Assembly (NCBI GenBank): GCA_040218735.1
Contig: JAVJQW010000020.1
Coordinates: 36,114 to 100,113, forward strand
Direction: 5' to 3'
DNA: 64,000 nucleotides
DNA from: Deltaproteobacteria bacterium
GTDB lineage: Bacteria; Myxococcota; Kuafuiibacteriia; Kuafuiibacteriales; Kuafuiibacteriaceae
A program made the position numbers and the translations under genes. The notes under the pieces were generated by a model that saw only the letters and a list, made by a program, of their open reading frames with translations, made no database searches and had not been told where the DNA came from. Of this stretch, positions 18,156 through 28,294 are shown piece by piece (position 1 is the first letter of the stretch; the number at the start of each line of letters is the position of its first letter).

Positions 18156-21100
18156 GTGACTCGAAGCACGACCAAGACGACCACCGCGCTCCTCGGGGCG
18201 CTCGCGATCACCGGCTTTCTGCCCCGCTGCAGCTGCGACGAAGGCCCCGGCATTCAACGCGCCGCCGTTCAGATGAAGCTGACGTACGTCGAAGAGGAGC
18301 CGTGCTCCGGCGCACAGATCCCGCGACGCATCCCCGACGACTACACCACCGGCCTGAACCCCTCCACCGACTTCGGGTCGGTCGGCACGCGCAGGTTCGA
18401 AGTGCGCTCCGTGGGCATCGCGCCGCTGAACGTCGTCAGCGTGGAGCTCGTGAATCAGGGCACGTCAGGTGAGCCCGACCCCGAGTTCACACTCGCGTTG
18501 ACCGACGTCGCCGGCGAACCCGTCACGCTGCCGGTCAGCATCGCCGCGAGCGCCGATCCCGCCGCGCCGCCCGGCCTGATCATCACGGTCGACTACGGCT
18601 CGCAGGACACGGAGTCCGACCTCGTCAACCTCGTCGTGACGACCGACGATCCCGAGCGCGAGATCGTCGAGTTCGGTCTGTCCGCGGGTCGCGGCCGGAT
18701 CGAAGTCATGGGCAACGCGGTCTGCACCGGGATGGACGGCGTCGAGCGCCCGTGCCTCGACTTCTCGAATGTCAGCATCGACAGCGAGGGCACGGAGACC
18801 GTCGTCATCAAGAACGTCGGCGAAGGTGATCTCGACCTGCGCTCCGTTCGCCTCGAGTCCGAGTCCCTCGAGTTCTGCGCCTTCGAAGCGACGGAGATCC
18901 CGGACGGCGTCGAAGACTGCGCGCCCGTCCCGCAGTGCCTCGTCATCCCGCCCGGCGGCGAGTACCAGGTGCGCGTCCGCTACCGTCCGGTCGACGGTGG
19001 CCTCGACCGCGGCACGATCTACGTCGCGTCCGGCGACGCCAACGCCGGCACGATCGAAGTCCCGATCAACGCGCAGGGCGCGGGCCCCGGCATCTGCGTG
19101 TCGGTCGTCGAGAACGGCGTCGCGACGCCGGTGACCTTCGTCGACTTCGGCCTCGCGAACGTCAACGAAGGCGTGGCGCGCACCGTCCGCCTCGAGTCGT
19201 GCGGCACGGACTCCGTCGACATCACCGAAGCGGTCCTCGAGACGATGGGCCTCTTCGAGACCGGCCCCGAGTTTTCGATCACCCGGCCGTTCGACATCGG
19301 CCTGAAGGCGCCGCTCGAGTTCGCCGAGGGTGAGATCACGTACACGCCCACGTCGGGCGGGATGCACCGCGGCGGCCTGCGCTACCGCATCGCGAGCCTC
19401 ATGACGAACGCGTGGGTGCGCCTCGAAGGCGCCGCGTCGACGTGTGACCTCGAAGTGTTCCCGCAGAACGTCAACTTCGGGACCGTCGCTGGCGGCGCCA
19501 TCGGCCAGCGCGACGTCGTGCTCGCCAACAACGGCGCGCGCGACTGCATGGTCACGGACATCACCGACCCGGACAACAGCTACTCGATCCCGATGCGTCC
19601 GACGCTGCCGCTGACGATCGCGCCCGGCGCAACGCAGATCGTCCGCGTCGAGTTCGCTCCGCCGACCGGCCCCGTCGCGAACTACACGTCGTCGTTCGAC
19701 GTCACGAGCGACGAACCCGGACCGGGCGCGACGAACACCGTCAACCTCAACGCCGAGGGCGGCGGGACGCCGGTGTGCCAGATCCGTCTGACCCCGAGCG
19801 GCAACGACATCGGAATCATGCCGAAGGACGGTCGTCTGCGGTTCGGCGCGGTGAACATCGGCTACACGAAGTCCCTCCCGATTCGCGTCGAGAACGTCGG
19901 CAACGCAGATTGCACGTTCAACAACTTCACGATGACGGTGCAGGAGCCGACGCAGTTCTCCATCACGCCGGTCCGCACCGTGCCCGCGCAGATCCCGGCC
20001 GGCGGTACCTTCCAGCTCGACGTGACGTTCGCGCCGACGATGGAGGCGAGCACGCTCACCGGGACCTACGGCGGCATCTTCAACTACGTGAACTTCACGA
20101 TGAGCGGCCCGGGCCTCGCGCAGACCGACTACGGCATCTCGATCTCCGCGCAGCCCACGCGCCCGACGATCGACGTGATCCCGGGGATGGTCGACTTCGG
20201 CGTGGTCACTTGGGAGAACCCGCTCCCGCCGGACAACCGCAGCACCTGCGGTTCGACGACGCGCTCGGTGAACATCTACAACTCGGGCAACGGCCCGCTG
20301 AACCTGACGGACGTGTCGATCGACACCACGTCGGATCCGGTCTTCCTCATCACCGCGATGCGAAAGGGCGCGCAGACGATCTCGCCGCCGTACCAGAACA
20401 TCATGCTCGCCGCGGGTGAGTCCGCGAGCGTCGACCTGCGCTTCTTCCCGTCGCGCGCGACGCCGGCCGCCCACAACGGCCTGCTCGTGATCGACAACGA
20501 CGTGACGAACGCGGGCGGCATGGGGTCGCCGCTGACGATTCCGTTGCTCGGCGAAGGCACGATCAACTCGCAGCAGACCGACGTCTTCCAGCAGCTCACC
20601 GACAACAAGGTCGACATCCTGTGGGTGGTCGACGACTCGGGCTCGATGAGCGAGGAGCAGAACCTGCTCGCGAACAACTTCGCAGGGTTCATCGGGTACG
20701 CGGACAACCTCCCGGGCGGCGTCGACTACCAGGTCGCCGTCACCACCACCGAGGTGAACGACGGCGTCTCCGGCCACATCTGGGCGTGCAACGGGTACAA
20801 CAAGATCCTCACGCGCAGCGACCCGAACCGCGTCGCCGCGTTCCAGTGCGCCGCGAACGTGACGAACCCGCCGGGCGGCAACTCGCGCCCGAACCCCACG
20901 GGCTCGGACGAGCAGGAGGCGGGGCTGCAGGCCGCGCGCATCGCGCTCGACGTCCCGGTCATCAACAACGAAAACGCCGGCTTCCTGCGGAGCGACGCGC
21001 GCCTCGCGGTCATCATGGTCAGCGACGAGGAAGACCAGTCGGACGGAACGGTGAACCTGTACATCGACTTCTTCCGCAACATCAAAGGCTTCGCGAACCC

Positions 21101-21473
21101 GCAGCTCGTGAGTGTCTCGGCGATCGCCGGTGACGTCCCGGGCGGCTGCGCGACGGCCGTCGAAGGGGCGCGGTACAACGCGGTGGCGCAGGCGCTCGGC
21201 GGACAGTTCGAGTCGATCTGCTCGCAGTCGTGGGCGCAGCTCCTCCAGAACATCGGCCTCGACGTCTTCGCGCTGCGCCGCGCGTGGACGCTGTCGCGCC
21301 CCGCCAACCCGACGACGATCGTCGTTCGGGTGAACGGCGTGGTCGTGCCGCAGAACGGGACCAACGGTTGGACGTACGACTCCACGTCGAACACCGTGAC
21401 GTTCCACGGCATGCAGATCCCGCCTGCGGGATCGACGGTCGAGATCCAGTACGGAACGCAGTGCCTCATGTAG
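18156..21473 (+). CDS. large surface lipoprotein with multiple Ig-like (choice-of-anchor D type) domains and a C-terminal vWA domain
   Basis: GTG after AGGAGA; repeated DFG.V...I.N.G...L modules; DILWVVDDSGSMSEEQ MIDAS, IMVSDEEDQS. Confidence 0.85.
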   Translation: MTRSTTKTTTALLGALAITGFLPRCSCDEGPGIQRAAVQMKLTYVEEEPCSGAQIPRRIPDDYTTGLNPSTDFGSVGTRRFEVRSVGIAPLNVVSVELVNQGTSGEPDPEFTLALTDVAGEPVTLPVSIAASADPAAPPGLIITVDYGSQDTESDLVNLVVTTDDPEREIVEFGLSAGRGRIEVMGNAVCTGMDGVERPCLDFSNVSIDSEGTETVVIKNVGEGDLDLRSVRLESESLEFCAFEATEIPDGVEDCAPVPQCLVIPPGGEYQVRVRYRPVDGGLDRGTIYVASGDANAGTIEVPINAQGAGPGICVSVVENGVATPVTFVDFGLANVNEGVARTVRLESCGTDSVDITEAVLETMGLFETGPEFSITRPFDIGLKAPLEFAEGEITYTPTSGGMHRGGLRYRIASLMTNAWVRLEGAASTCDLEVFPQNVNFGTVAGGAIGQRDVVLANNGARDCMVTDITDPDNSYSIPMRPTLPLTIAPGATQIVRVEFAPPTGPVANYTSSFDVTSDEPGPGATNTVNLNAEGGGTPVCQIRLTPSGNDIGIMPKDGRLRFGAVNIGYTKSLPIRVENVGNADCTFNNFTMTVQEPTQFSITPVRTVPAQIPAGGTFQLDVTFAPTMEASTLTGTYGGIFNYVNFTMSGPGLAQTDYGISISAQPTRPTIDVIPGMVDFGVVTWENPLPPDNRSTCGSTTRSVNIYNSGNGPLNLTDVSIDTTSDPVFLITAMRKGAQTISPPYQNIMLAAGESASVDLRFFPSRATPAAHNGLLVIDNDVTNAGGMGSPLTIPLLGEGTINSQQTDVFQQLTDNKVDILWVVDDSGSMSEEQNLLANNFAGFIGYADNLPGGVDYQVAVTTTEVNDGVSGHIWACNGYNKILTRSDPNRVAAFQCAANVTNPPGGNSRPNPTGSDEQEAGLQAARIALDVPVINNENAGFLRSDARLAVIMVSDEEDQSDGTVNLYIDFFRNIKGFANPQLVSVSAIAGDVPGGCATAVEGARYNAVAQALGGQFESICSQSWAQLLQNIGLDVFALRRAWTLSRPANPTTIVVRVNGVVVPQNGTNGWTYDSTSNTVTFHGMQIPPAGSTVEIQYGTQCLM

Positions 21474-22261
21474 AGGGCCGCGCCCTCACCGACATCTTCG
21501 ACGAAACGCTCGGGGCCACACGTCGTGACCTCGGGCGCTTCCTCGTCTTGGCGCTCCTGGTGTGGCCGGTGACGACCGCGACGCTCGGGCTCGCGATCGA
21601 GCTCGGCGCCGACGCGTTCACCCGGCCGAACACCGAGGCGTGGCTCCTGCTCGCGTTCTTCGTCGCGTGGGTCGGGCAGTACGCGGCGCTGACGTGGCTC
21701 CAGCTCTGCGTCGCGATTCACTACGAGGACCGAACGCTGCCGTTTTCAACGCTCGCGGCCCGAACCTTCCGCCGGTTGGGCGACGCGTTCGTCGCCAACG
21801 CGCCCGGCTACGCCGCCGGCGGCGCAGCGGTCCTCGCGGTCGCGGCCTACGCGCGGGTGATGCTCGCGATCATCGAGGCGCCGTCGCCCAATGCGATGGG
21901 GATCGCGTTGGCGGGAGGCCTCGTGATGCTCGCGGTCCTGGCCGCCGCACTCGCCGTCATCCTCCGCAACACAACCGCCGTCGTGCACGTGGGGCGCTTC
22001 GGAACCGCGGGTCGGGCCGCGTGGCGCGCCTCCGCGCAGTCCGTCCGGGGGCGCCGCGGCCAGGCGCTGATGCTCCTCGCGGCCCCGCTCGCGCTGACCC
22101 TCGTCGCGGGGGCCGTCGAGTCCGCGATCATACCGTCTGGTCTGCAGTCGTTCGGGACGGGGGCTTGGACGTGGATCGCGCTCCTGCTGCGCCAGGGCAC
22201 GGCAGCGCTCGTGGCCGTCCCCGCCGCCATCGCTTGGTGTGTGTGGGTTTCCATGTCCTGA
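21461..22261 (+). CDS. hypothetical polytopic membrane protein
   Basis: About 6 hydrophobic segments; GTG 21461 overlaps the upstream stop; in frame with ORF 21230..22261. Confidence 0.7.
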   Translation: MPHVEGRALTDIFDETLGATRRDLGRFLVLALLVWPVTTATLGLAIELGADAFTRPNTEAWLLLAFFVAWVGQYAALTWLQLCVAIHYEDRTLPFSTLAARTFRRLGDAFVANAPGYAAGGAAVLAVAAYARVMLAIIEAPSPNAMGIALAGGLVMLAVLAAALAVILRNTTAVVHVGRFGTAGRAAWRASAQSVRGRRGQALMLLAAPLALTLVAGAVESAIIPSGLQSFGTGAWTWIALLLRQGTAALVAVPAAIAWCVWVSMS

Positions 22262-22329
22262 GGGGCCTCGCGGGGGGCCGCATACGCTCGCCGTGCCAGA
22301 CGGTGTACCCTGGACCCGGGTCGTCTCGC

Positions 22330-25300
22330 TTGTCTCGATTCCGAACACGCTCCCGGGCGCACGCCGGGACTGTGATCTTCGTCGCGTTCATGGGACTCGA
22401 CGTCGCGCCGGCGCGCGCAGACGGATTCGACAGCTGGATCCGGGACCACTGGAGCACGCGCAACGGGCTGCCGCAGAGCTCGGTGATCGATCTCGCGCAG
22501 TCCGACGACGGCGTCATGTGGCTGGCGACCTACGGCGGCCTCGCGCGTTTCGACGGCCACGCGTTCGACGTCTTCGATCGCGAACGCCTCCCCGACGATC
22601 GCTTCAACGTGCTCCACCTCGGCGGCGACGGCGCGCTCTGGCTCGGCGGCGACGTCCACCTCTACCGCCTCGAAGGCGGCGTCGTCGAAGCGGTGGGGCC
22701 CGAGACTCCCATCTGGACGATCGCGGAGGACGCGTCCGGTCGGATCTTCGCGGGGTCGAAGAGCGGCGCGTTCCGCGTCACGGGCACGCAGGTCGAAGTG
22801 CTCCCGGTCGACGGTGACGTTCGACGTTTCCTCGTGATCGACGACGAGGTCATCGCGATCCTCTTCAACGGTCGAACCGTCTGCGTGAGCGAACACTGCC
22901 GATCGCTCCCCGAGGCGCCTCCGGATCCGGGGCTGCACGAGTGGCGCGTGGATCCCGAAGGGCACCTCATCGTCGCGACCCCGCGCGGCGTCTACGTCCG
23001 CGAGGGCGACACGTGGGCGCTCCGGCTCGAAGTCGCCGCGCCGAACGTGCTCTGGCCGCCCGCGTGCCTGGCGTGGCGGGGCGCGACCTGGTGCACCGTC
23101 GGCGACGGGATTCATCACCTCGATCAACCACCGGCGGAGCCGCTCTCGCGTCCACGCTTCAGCGCGACGCGCCTGTTCGCGGATCGACAGGGCGGACTGT
23201 GGATGGGTTCGGACGGCGGCGGCGTCCAACGACTTCAACCCCCGGCGTTCGAGTACGTGCACGCGGACTGGCCGGTCTTCGACGTCGCGGAGGCCCCCGC
23301 CGGCGCGGTTCACGTCGGCGTTCGCTCGAAGCACGGTCCGGCCGACAACCCTTGGGATCCCGACGTCGCGTTCTGGCCGGAGCAAAGCGGGGTCCTCCTC
23401 GTGACGCCGAACTACGCGACCGTGCAGCGCTACTCGTCCGCGGGGCTCGTCACGGTCGGCGCGATCGAAGGGCTCGTGCCCGCGCCGGGCCACTCCCGGG
23501 ACCTGCCGGTCGAAGGCCCGTGGGTCGCGGTGGACGCCAAGCTGTACGCGGTGCAGCGGGATGCGCTTGCGCTCGTCTTCGACGGAACATCGCTGGGCTA
23601 CGCGCGGGTCCGCCCGATTCGCGGCGATGAACACGAAGTCTGGGTCGTGGCTGACGACCGCGACCTCCTCGCGCTCGTCGACGGTGTGATCGAGCGTCGC
23701 TACGACGTCGCCGCCTTTGCGCAGATCCGCGACGTCGTCTCCACGTCCGACCGCATCCTCCTCGCGACCTACGGGAGCGGCTTGCTCTACATCGAGCGGG
23801 GCAGTGACACCGTCCGAGCCTTCGCCGGCGCCTGCGACAAGTTCGTCTCGCACATCTTCGACCTCGAAACGGACGTGTGGCTCAACACCAACCGTGGGCT
23901 CGGCTACGTCGCGAAGGCGTCGCTGAGCACCTGGCGCCCCGACGCGCCGGCCGTCGACTGCCAGCTCATCGGCACCTTCGAAGGTAATGGCACGGGGGGG
24001 ATCGTGACGACATCGGGCGCGCTCGTCGCCCCCACGCTTCGCGGCGCGGTGCGCATCCACCCCGCGAGCTATCGAGAGGCCGCGCCCCTCACGACCAACA
24101 TCGTGGCGTTCGAGTTCGGCGGCGTCGACGTGTCCGCCGACGGCGAAGCGCGCGGACCGGGCCGCCTCGCGATTCGATTCTCGGCCCCCAACTTCCGTAG
24201 CCCGGATCTCACCGCGTACCGGTATCGTCTGGTCGGCGCGCACGACGCGTGGTCCGCGCCGTCCGACGTGCGCGCCGTGGACTACCCCGCGTTGCCGCCG
24301 GGGACGTATCGCTTCGACGTGCAGGCCCGCAGCGTCGGCCGGTGGGGGCCGGTCGAGTCCGCGACGTTTCGGCGTCTGCCGGCGTGGTGGGAGACGCGGT
24401 GGGCGCGCGCGGGCTTGCCCGCGGCGGGCGTCGCGCTCTTCGGCGGTCTGCTGACGATCGCGCTGGTCCGATCTCGCCGGCGCAACGCGGAGCTCGCCGA
24501 AGAGGTGAAGCGCCGCGTGGAAGCGCGCCGCGAGCTCGAGGAACAGATCCAACGGAACGAGAAGCTCGCGCGGGACATGGAGGTCGCGCGTCGCCTCGAA
24601 GCGCTCGGCCGCCTCTCGGGGGGCATCGCGCACGACGTGAACAACGTGCTCACCGCCGTCGGCGGCTACGCTTCCGTGCTCGCCGAGCACCACGATCCGG
24701 CGGTGCGCGCCGAGGCCGACGGGCTCGTCGACGCCGTACGCCGAGGCTCGGAGGTCACGCGAGGCCTCCTCCAGTTCGGCCGGACGGCGAAAGACGACGA
24801 GGGCACCGTCGACATCGCGGCGCGCGCCGAGGAGCTGTTCCCGTTGCTGCGCCGGCTCATCCGATCCGACATCGAGCTGCACCTCGACGTGGAGCCGACG
24901 TGCCTGGTCGCACTGCCTTCGGGGCAGACGGACCAGCTCCTCACGAACCTCGTGCTCAACGCGCGCGACGCCATCGACAGCTCCGGCCACGTCACGGTGC
25001 GCGTAAAGACGGAGGGGGAGCTCGTCATCCTCACGGTCGAGGACGACGGGCGAGGGATGAGTGAGGCGCAGCTCGCGCACGCGCTCGAGCCCTACTTCAC
25101 GACCAAGGCGCTGGGGGAGGGCACCGGTCTCGGCCTCGCCACGGTGCACGGGATCGCGACGAACGTCGGTGGCGATGTGACCATCGACTCCGAGCTCGGT
25201 CGCGGTACCCGTGTGGTCGTGCGGCTCCCGCGGGCGGCGGAGGTCATCTCGGAGAAACCGGCGAAGGTCGAGGAGCCCGAACCGATCAAGCAGATCAGGG

Positions 25301-25653
25301 TCCTGTTCGTCGACGACCGCCCCGACATCGGACGCGCCTGCGCGCGGATGGCCAAGCGCCTCGGGTGGGAGTCGCGCATCGCGAGCACGCTGGACGAAGC
25401 CGTCGCCGCGCTGCGGGAGGGCCCCGTCGACGTGCTCGTCACCGACGTCGTCATGCCGGAGGCCGACGGCCCGCGCGTTCGTGCGGCGCTCGCCGAGCTG
25501 CAGCCCGTGCTCCCGACGGTGTTCGTGTCCGGGTACCTCGACGACGTCGACATCGGCGACGACCCGCGCGACGTCTTCCTCCAGAAGCCGTTCTCGCTCG
25601 ACGCGCTCGCGCAGGCCGCTGCGGCCGCGCTCGAACGTCACAGCGCCGATTGA
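22330..25653 (+). CDS. hybrid sensor histidine kinase/response regulator with periplasmic beta-propeller and YYY domain
   Basis: GLPQSSV...DG.MWLATYGGL, YRYRL...LPPGTYRF, GIAHDVNN H-box, NARDA, DDGRGM, GTGLGL, receiver VDD/TDVVMP/KPF; start estimated from the signal peptide. Confidence 0.9.
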   Translation: MSRFRTRSRAHAGTVIFVAFMGLDVAPARADGFDSWIRDHWSTRNGLPQSSVIDLAQSDDGVMWLATYGGLARFDGHAFDVFDRERLPDDRFNVLHLGGDGALWLGGDVHLYRLEGGVVEAVGPETPIWTIAEDASGRIFAGSKSGAFRVTGTQVEVLPVDGDVRRFLVIDDEVIAILFNGRTVCVSEHCRSLPEAPPDPGLHEWRVDPEGHLIVATPRGVYVREGDTWALRLEVAAPNVLWPPACLAWRGATWCTVGDGIHHLDQPPAEPLSRPRFSATRLFADRQGGLWMGSDGGGVQRLQPPAFEYVHADWPVFDVAEAPAGAVHVGVRSKHGPADNPWDPDVAFWPEQSGVLLVTPNYATVQRYSSAGLVTVGAIEGLVPAPGHSRDLPVEGPWVAVDAKLYAVQRDALALVFDGTSLGYARVRPIRGDEHEVWVVADDRDLLALVDGVIERRYDVAAFAQIRDVVSTSDRILLATYGSGLLYIERGSDTVRAFAGACDKFVSHIFDLETDVWLNTNRGLGYVAKASLSTWRPDAPAVDCQLIGTFEGNGTGGIVTTSGALVAPTLRGAVRIHPASYREAAPLTTNIVAFEFGGVDVSADGEARGPGRLAIRFSAPNFRSPDLTAYRYRLVGAHDAWSAPSDVRAVDYPALPPGTYRFDVQARSVGRWGPVESATFRRLPAWWETRWARAGLPAAGVALFGGLLTIALVRSRRRNAELAEEVKRRVEARRELEEQIQRNEKLARDMEVARRLEALGRLSGGIAHDVNNVLTAVGGYASVLAEHHDPAVRAEADGLVDAVRRGSEVTRGLLQFGRTAKDDEGTVDIAARAEELFPLLRRLIRSDIELHLDVEPTCLVALPSGQTDQLLTNLVLNARDAIDSSGHVTVRVKTEGELVILTVEDDGRGMSEAQLAHALEPYFTTKALGEGTGLGLATVHGIATNVGGDVTIDSELGRGTRVVVRLPRAAEVISEKPAKVEEPEPIKQIRVLFVDDRPDIGRACARMAKRLGWESRIASTLDEAVAALREGPVDVLVTDVVMPEADGPRVRAALAELQPVLPTVFVSGYLDDVDIGDDPRDVFLQKPFSLDALAQAAAAALERHSAD

Positions 25654-27408
25654 TCAGACGCGAGGGACGAGGCCGACGCCGACGTGGCGTGAAAACGACT
25701 TGATCGGCACGCGGTCGAGGCCGCGGTTCGGGTCGACGACCTCGCGACGCGGGTCCATGCGGTAGGCGCCCTCGCGTTTTGTGCTGCGTCCGTGCGGCGC
25801 GCGCACGTAGACGTACTCGGCGTCGACGTGATCGAAAAGGAACAGCCGCTCGCCGCGGGAGTACAGGAGCGAAACGAACACGGGCGGGAGGCGATGTGGG
25901 TTGGCGTCGACGCGTTCGAGGTGACGTCGCGCGTTGGCCGCGCCCGCCGCGACCGTGAAGCCGACGCCGAAGATCCGTTCGAGCGCGCGCGACACGACGT
26001 CGGCGTCGATGCCGTGCCCACCGGGCATCGTGAACGTGGGGCGGCGCTGCTTCGCGCTGGGGCGGGCGAGCTCGGCGAGGGTCATGAGCCCGAGGCGGAG
26101 CGGCGTGAGCTGCCCGGAGAACGTGACGCGCTCCTTGCTGCGGTCCATCTTCGTGGACAGGTCGAGCGTGCCGCCGCCGGGGAGCGACACACTCATCGCG
26201 TCCGAGACCACGCCGCGCCAGAAGCGCAGCAGCTCGGCCGGGTTGGTGTCCGCGAGCGCGAACTCGATCGTGGAGAGCACGCCGTCACTGCCCTCCTCGA
26301 ACGAGAGTTTGTGCGGGTTCGCGATGGCGCCGACGACGAGGTTCGCGACTTTGCGACGCCGGGCGCCCGACGCTTCGATGCGCTCCGCGAACTCACCGCG
26401 TCGGATGAGCGCGTGCAGGTGCTCGATGAGGCCGACGTCCTCGATGTCGCGGTCCTCGAGGACGGAGCGTCGTCGCAGTCGACGCGCGGCGATCTGCGCG
26501 AGGTGCACACGTGCGTCCGCGCCCAGGTGCTCGAACACCTCCAACAGCTGCGTCACCGCTTCGGGACGCAGGTGCCGGAGCACCGCCGTCTTCGCGAGGG
26601 CGATCGCCGCCTTCACGGTGGTGACGTCGCCCGGGTCCTTCGCGATAGCACGCAGCATCGACGCGCGGTGCGCGGGGACGAGCTCGTTGTACTCGCGCTC
26701 GTTGACGAGCCGCTCCAGCGTGCGCTTCGGCGACAGCGAGCCTTCCGAGTGGCGGTTGTCGAGCTCACCGGCGAGCGCGCGGTCGAGTGACCACAGCTCG
26801 TGCTTCTTCAGCTCGGCGCGTACGATCTTCAACGCCGGGGCTTTGACCTCGGGAAGCGCGACGTCCGCGTTCTCGATCATCTGCCGGCGCACGGCGGCGC
26901 CGGCCCCTTTGGTCCCCGTCATCGCGACGCGCCCACGCGGGACGGCACCGTCGGAGGCCGGCGGGGTGGGGCCGCGCTTGGGGCGGCGCACGGCGCGGAA
27001 GTCGTTGGTGTGTTCCTCGGCCCAGGACTGCTTGGGGAGCGTGCCGTCGACCGCGATGACCGTCTCGTCTTCGTCGATGAAGGGGGCGTCGTCGTCGGGG
27101 TCGTCGAGGCTCGGCAGCGGGCGCTCGGTCTCGGCCTCGGACTCGTCGGCGCGCACCACGAGCTCGGTGCGCTCGGTGTGCTCGATGTCGTCGTAGAGTG
27201 ACGCGACGGCGACGCTTTCGGGGCGCTTCGTCGGCTGCTGGTCGAGCGGGATCTCGCCGCGGGTGTTGTCTTCGTCGATCGGTCGGCTGGCCTTGCGTTC
27301 GATCAGCGGGTTCTTCGAGCGAACCCGGACCTGCATGGTCTCCTCGTAGATCTTCGGACTGCCTGGCTTCTTCTTGCCTCGCCCGCGCGCTCCCCCGTCC
27401 TTGGGCAC
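25654..27408 (-). CDS. hypothetical protein with acidic disordered N-terminus and a globular C-terminal domain (possible inactive papain-like fold)
   Basis: Host-like codon usage; GTG 27408 is 7 nt below TAAACT; the longer ORF start overlaps map. Confidence 0.75.
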   Translation of the reverse strand: MPKDGGARGRGKKKPGSPKIYEETMQVRVRSKNPLIERKASRPIDEDNTRGEIPLDQQPTKRPESVAVASLYDDIEHTERTELVVRADESEAETERPLPSLDDPDDDAPFIDEDETVIAVDGTLPKQSWAEEHTNDFRAVRRPKRGPTPPASDGAVPRGRVAMTGTKGAGAAVRRQMIENADVALPEVKAPALKIVRAELKKHELWSLDRALAGELDNRHSEGSLSPKRTLERLVNEREYNELVPAHRASMLRAIAKDPGDVTTVKAAIALAKTAVLRHLRPEAVTQLLEVFEHLGADARVHLAQIAARRLRRRSVLEDRDIEDVGLIEHLHALIRRGEFAERIEASGARRRKVANLVVGAIANPHKLSFEEGSDGVLSTIEFALADTNPAELLRFWRGVVSDAMSVSLPGGGTLDLSTKMDRSKERVTFSGQLTPLRLGLMTLAELARPSAKQRRPTFTMPGGHGIDADVVSRALERIFGVGFTVAAGAANARRHLERVDANPHRLPPVFVSLLYSRGERLFLFDHVDAEYVYVRAPHGRSTKREGAYRMDPRREVVDPNRGLDRVPIKSFSRHVGVGLVPRV

Positions 27409-27490
27409 CCGGCGGAGTTTAGCCAAAAACGGCCCGGCCGTAAGCCTCGACGGTTGCCAGGCGGCGAACCGCGTAGTGTGGTGCCTGGAC

Positions 27491-28288
27491 GTGAGCGACC
27501 ACATCCTCATCAAGAGCGCGGCCGAGATCGACGCCATGCGCGCCGCCGGGCGCCTCGCGGCCAAGACGCTGAAGATGGCCAGCGAGCTCGTGAAGCCGGG
27601 CGTGTCGACCGAGGAGATCAACGAGGCCGTCCACACCTACACGCTCGAGGCCGGGGCCATACCGGCGCCCCTCAACTACGGGGCCGACCCGTCCCGCGGC
27701 ATCCCGCCGTTCCCGAAGAGCGTCTGCACGTCGATCAACGATGTCATTTGCCACGGCATCCCCTCCCGCAAGGACGTCCTGAAGGACGGCGACATCGTCA
27801 ACGTCGACGTCACCTGCATCCTGGACGGCTTCCACGGCGACACCTCGCGCACGTTCCTGGTCGGCGAGTGCTCCGACGTCGCCAAGCAGCTCGTGGACGT
27901 CACCTGGCGCTGCATGCACGCCGGCATCGAGGCGATCCGCCCGCGCGCCCGCGTCCGCGACATCGGGACCGCCATCGCCAAGATCGCCGACGCCCACGGC
28001 TACGGCGTGGTGCGCGAGTACGTCGGCCACGGCATCGGCCGCGGCTTCCACGAGGCCCCCCAGATCCCGCACTTCCCGTCGAAGGGGCGCAACCCGCGCC
28101 TCCTCCCGGGGATGATCTTCACCGTCGAGCCCATGATCAACGAGGGCACGCACGAGAACTACCTCGACAGCGACGATGGCTGGACCGTGCGCACCCGCGA
28201 CGGAAAGCTCTCCGCCCAGTTCGAGCACACCTGCCTCGTCACCGACACCGGCGTCGACGTGCTCACCGACTGGAAGCACATCGAGTAA
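27491..28288 (+). CDS. map: type I methionine aminopeptidase
   Basis: FPKSVCTSINDVICHGIP, GDIVNVDVT, HGDTSRT, GHGIG..FHE, FTVEPMIN, SAQFEHT. Confidence 0.97.
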   Translation: MSDHILIKSAAEIDAMRAAGRLAAKTLKMASELVKPGVSTEEINEAVHTYTLEAGAIPAPLNYGADPSRGIPPFPKSVCTSINDVICHGIPSRKDVLKDGDIVNVDVTCILDGFHGDTSRTFLVGECSDVAKQLVDVTWRCMHAGIEAIRPRARVRDIGTAIAKIADAHGYGVVREYVGHGIGRGFHEAPQIPHFPSKGRNPRLLPGMIFTVEPMINEGTHENYLDSDDGWTVRTRDGKLSAQFEHTCLVTDTGVDVLTDWKHIE

Positions 28289-28294
28289 CGCGCG

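Noticed and set aside
21562-22329. N-terminal extension of the sensor kinase in the ORF track
   Set aside because: Overlaps the membrane-protein gene and reads as Arg-rich off-frame sequence; the signal peptide begins near 22330
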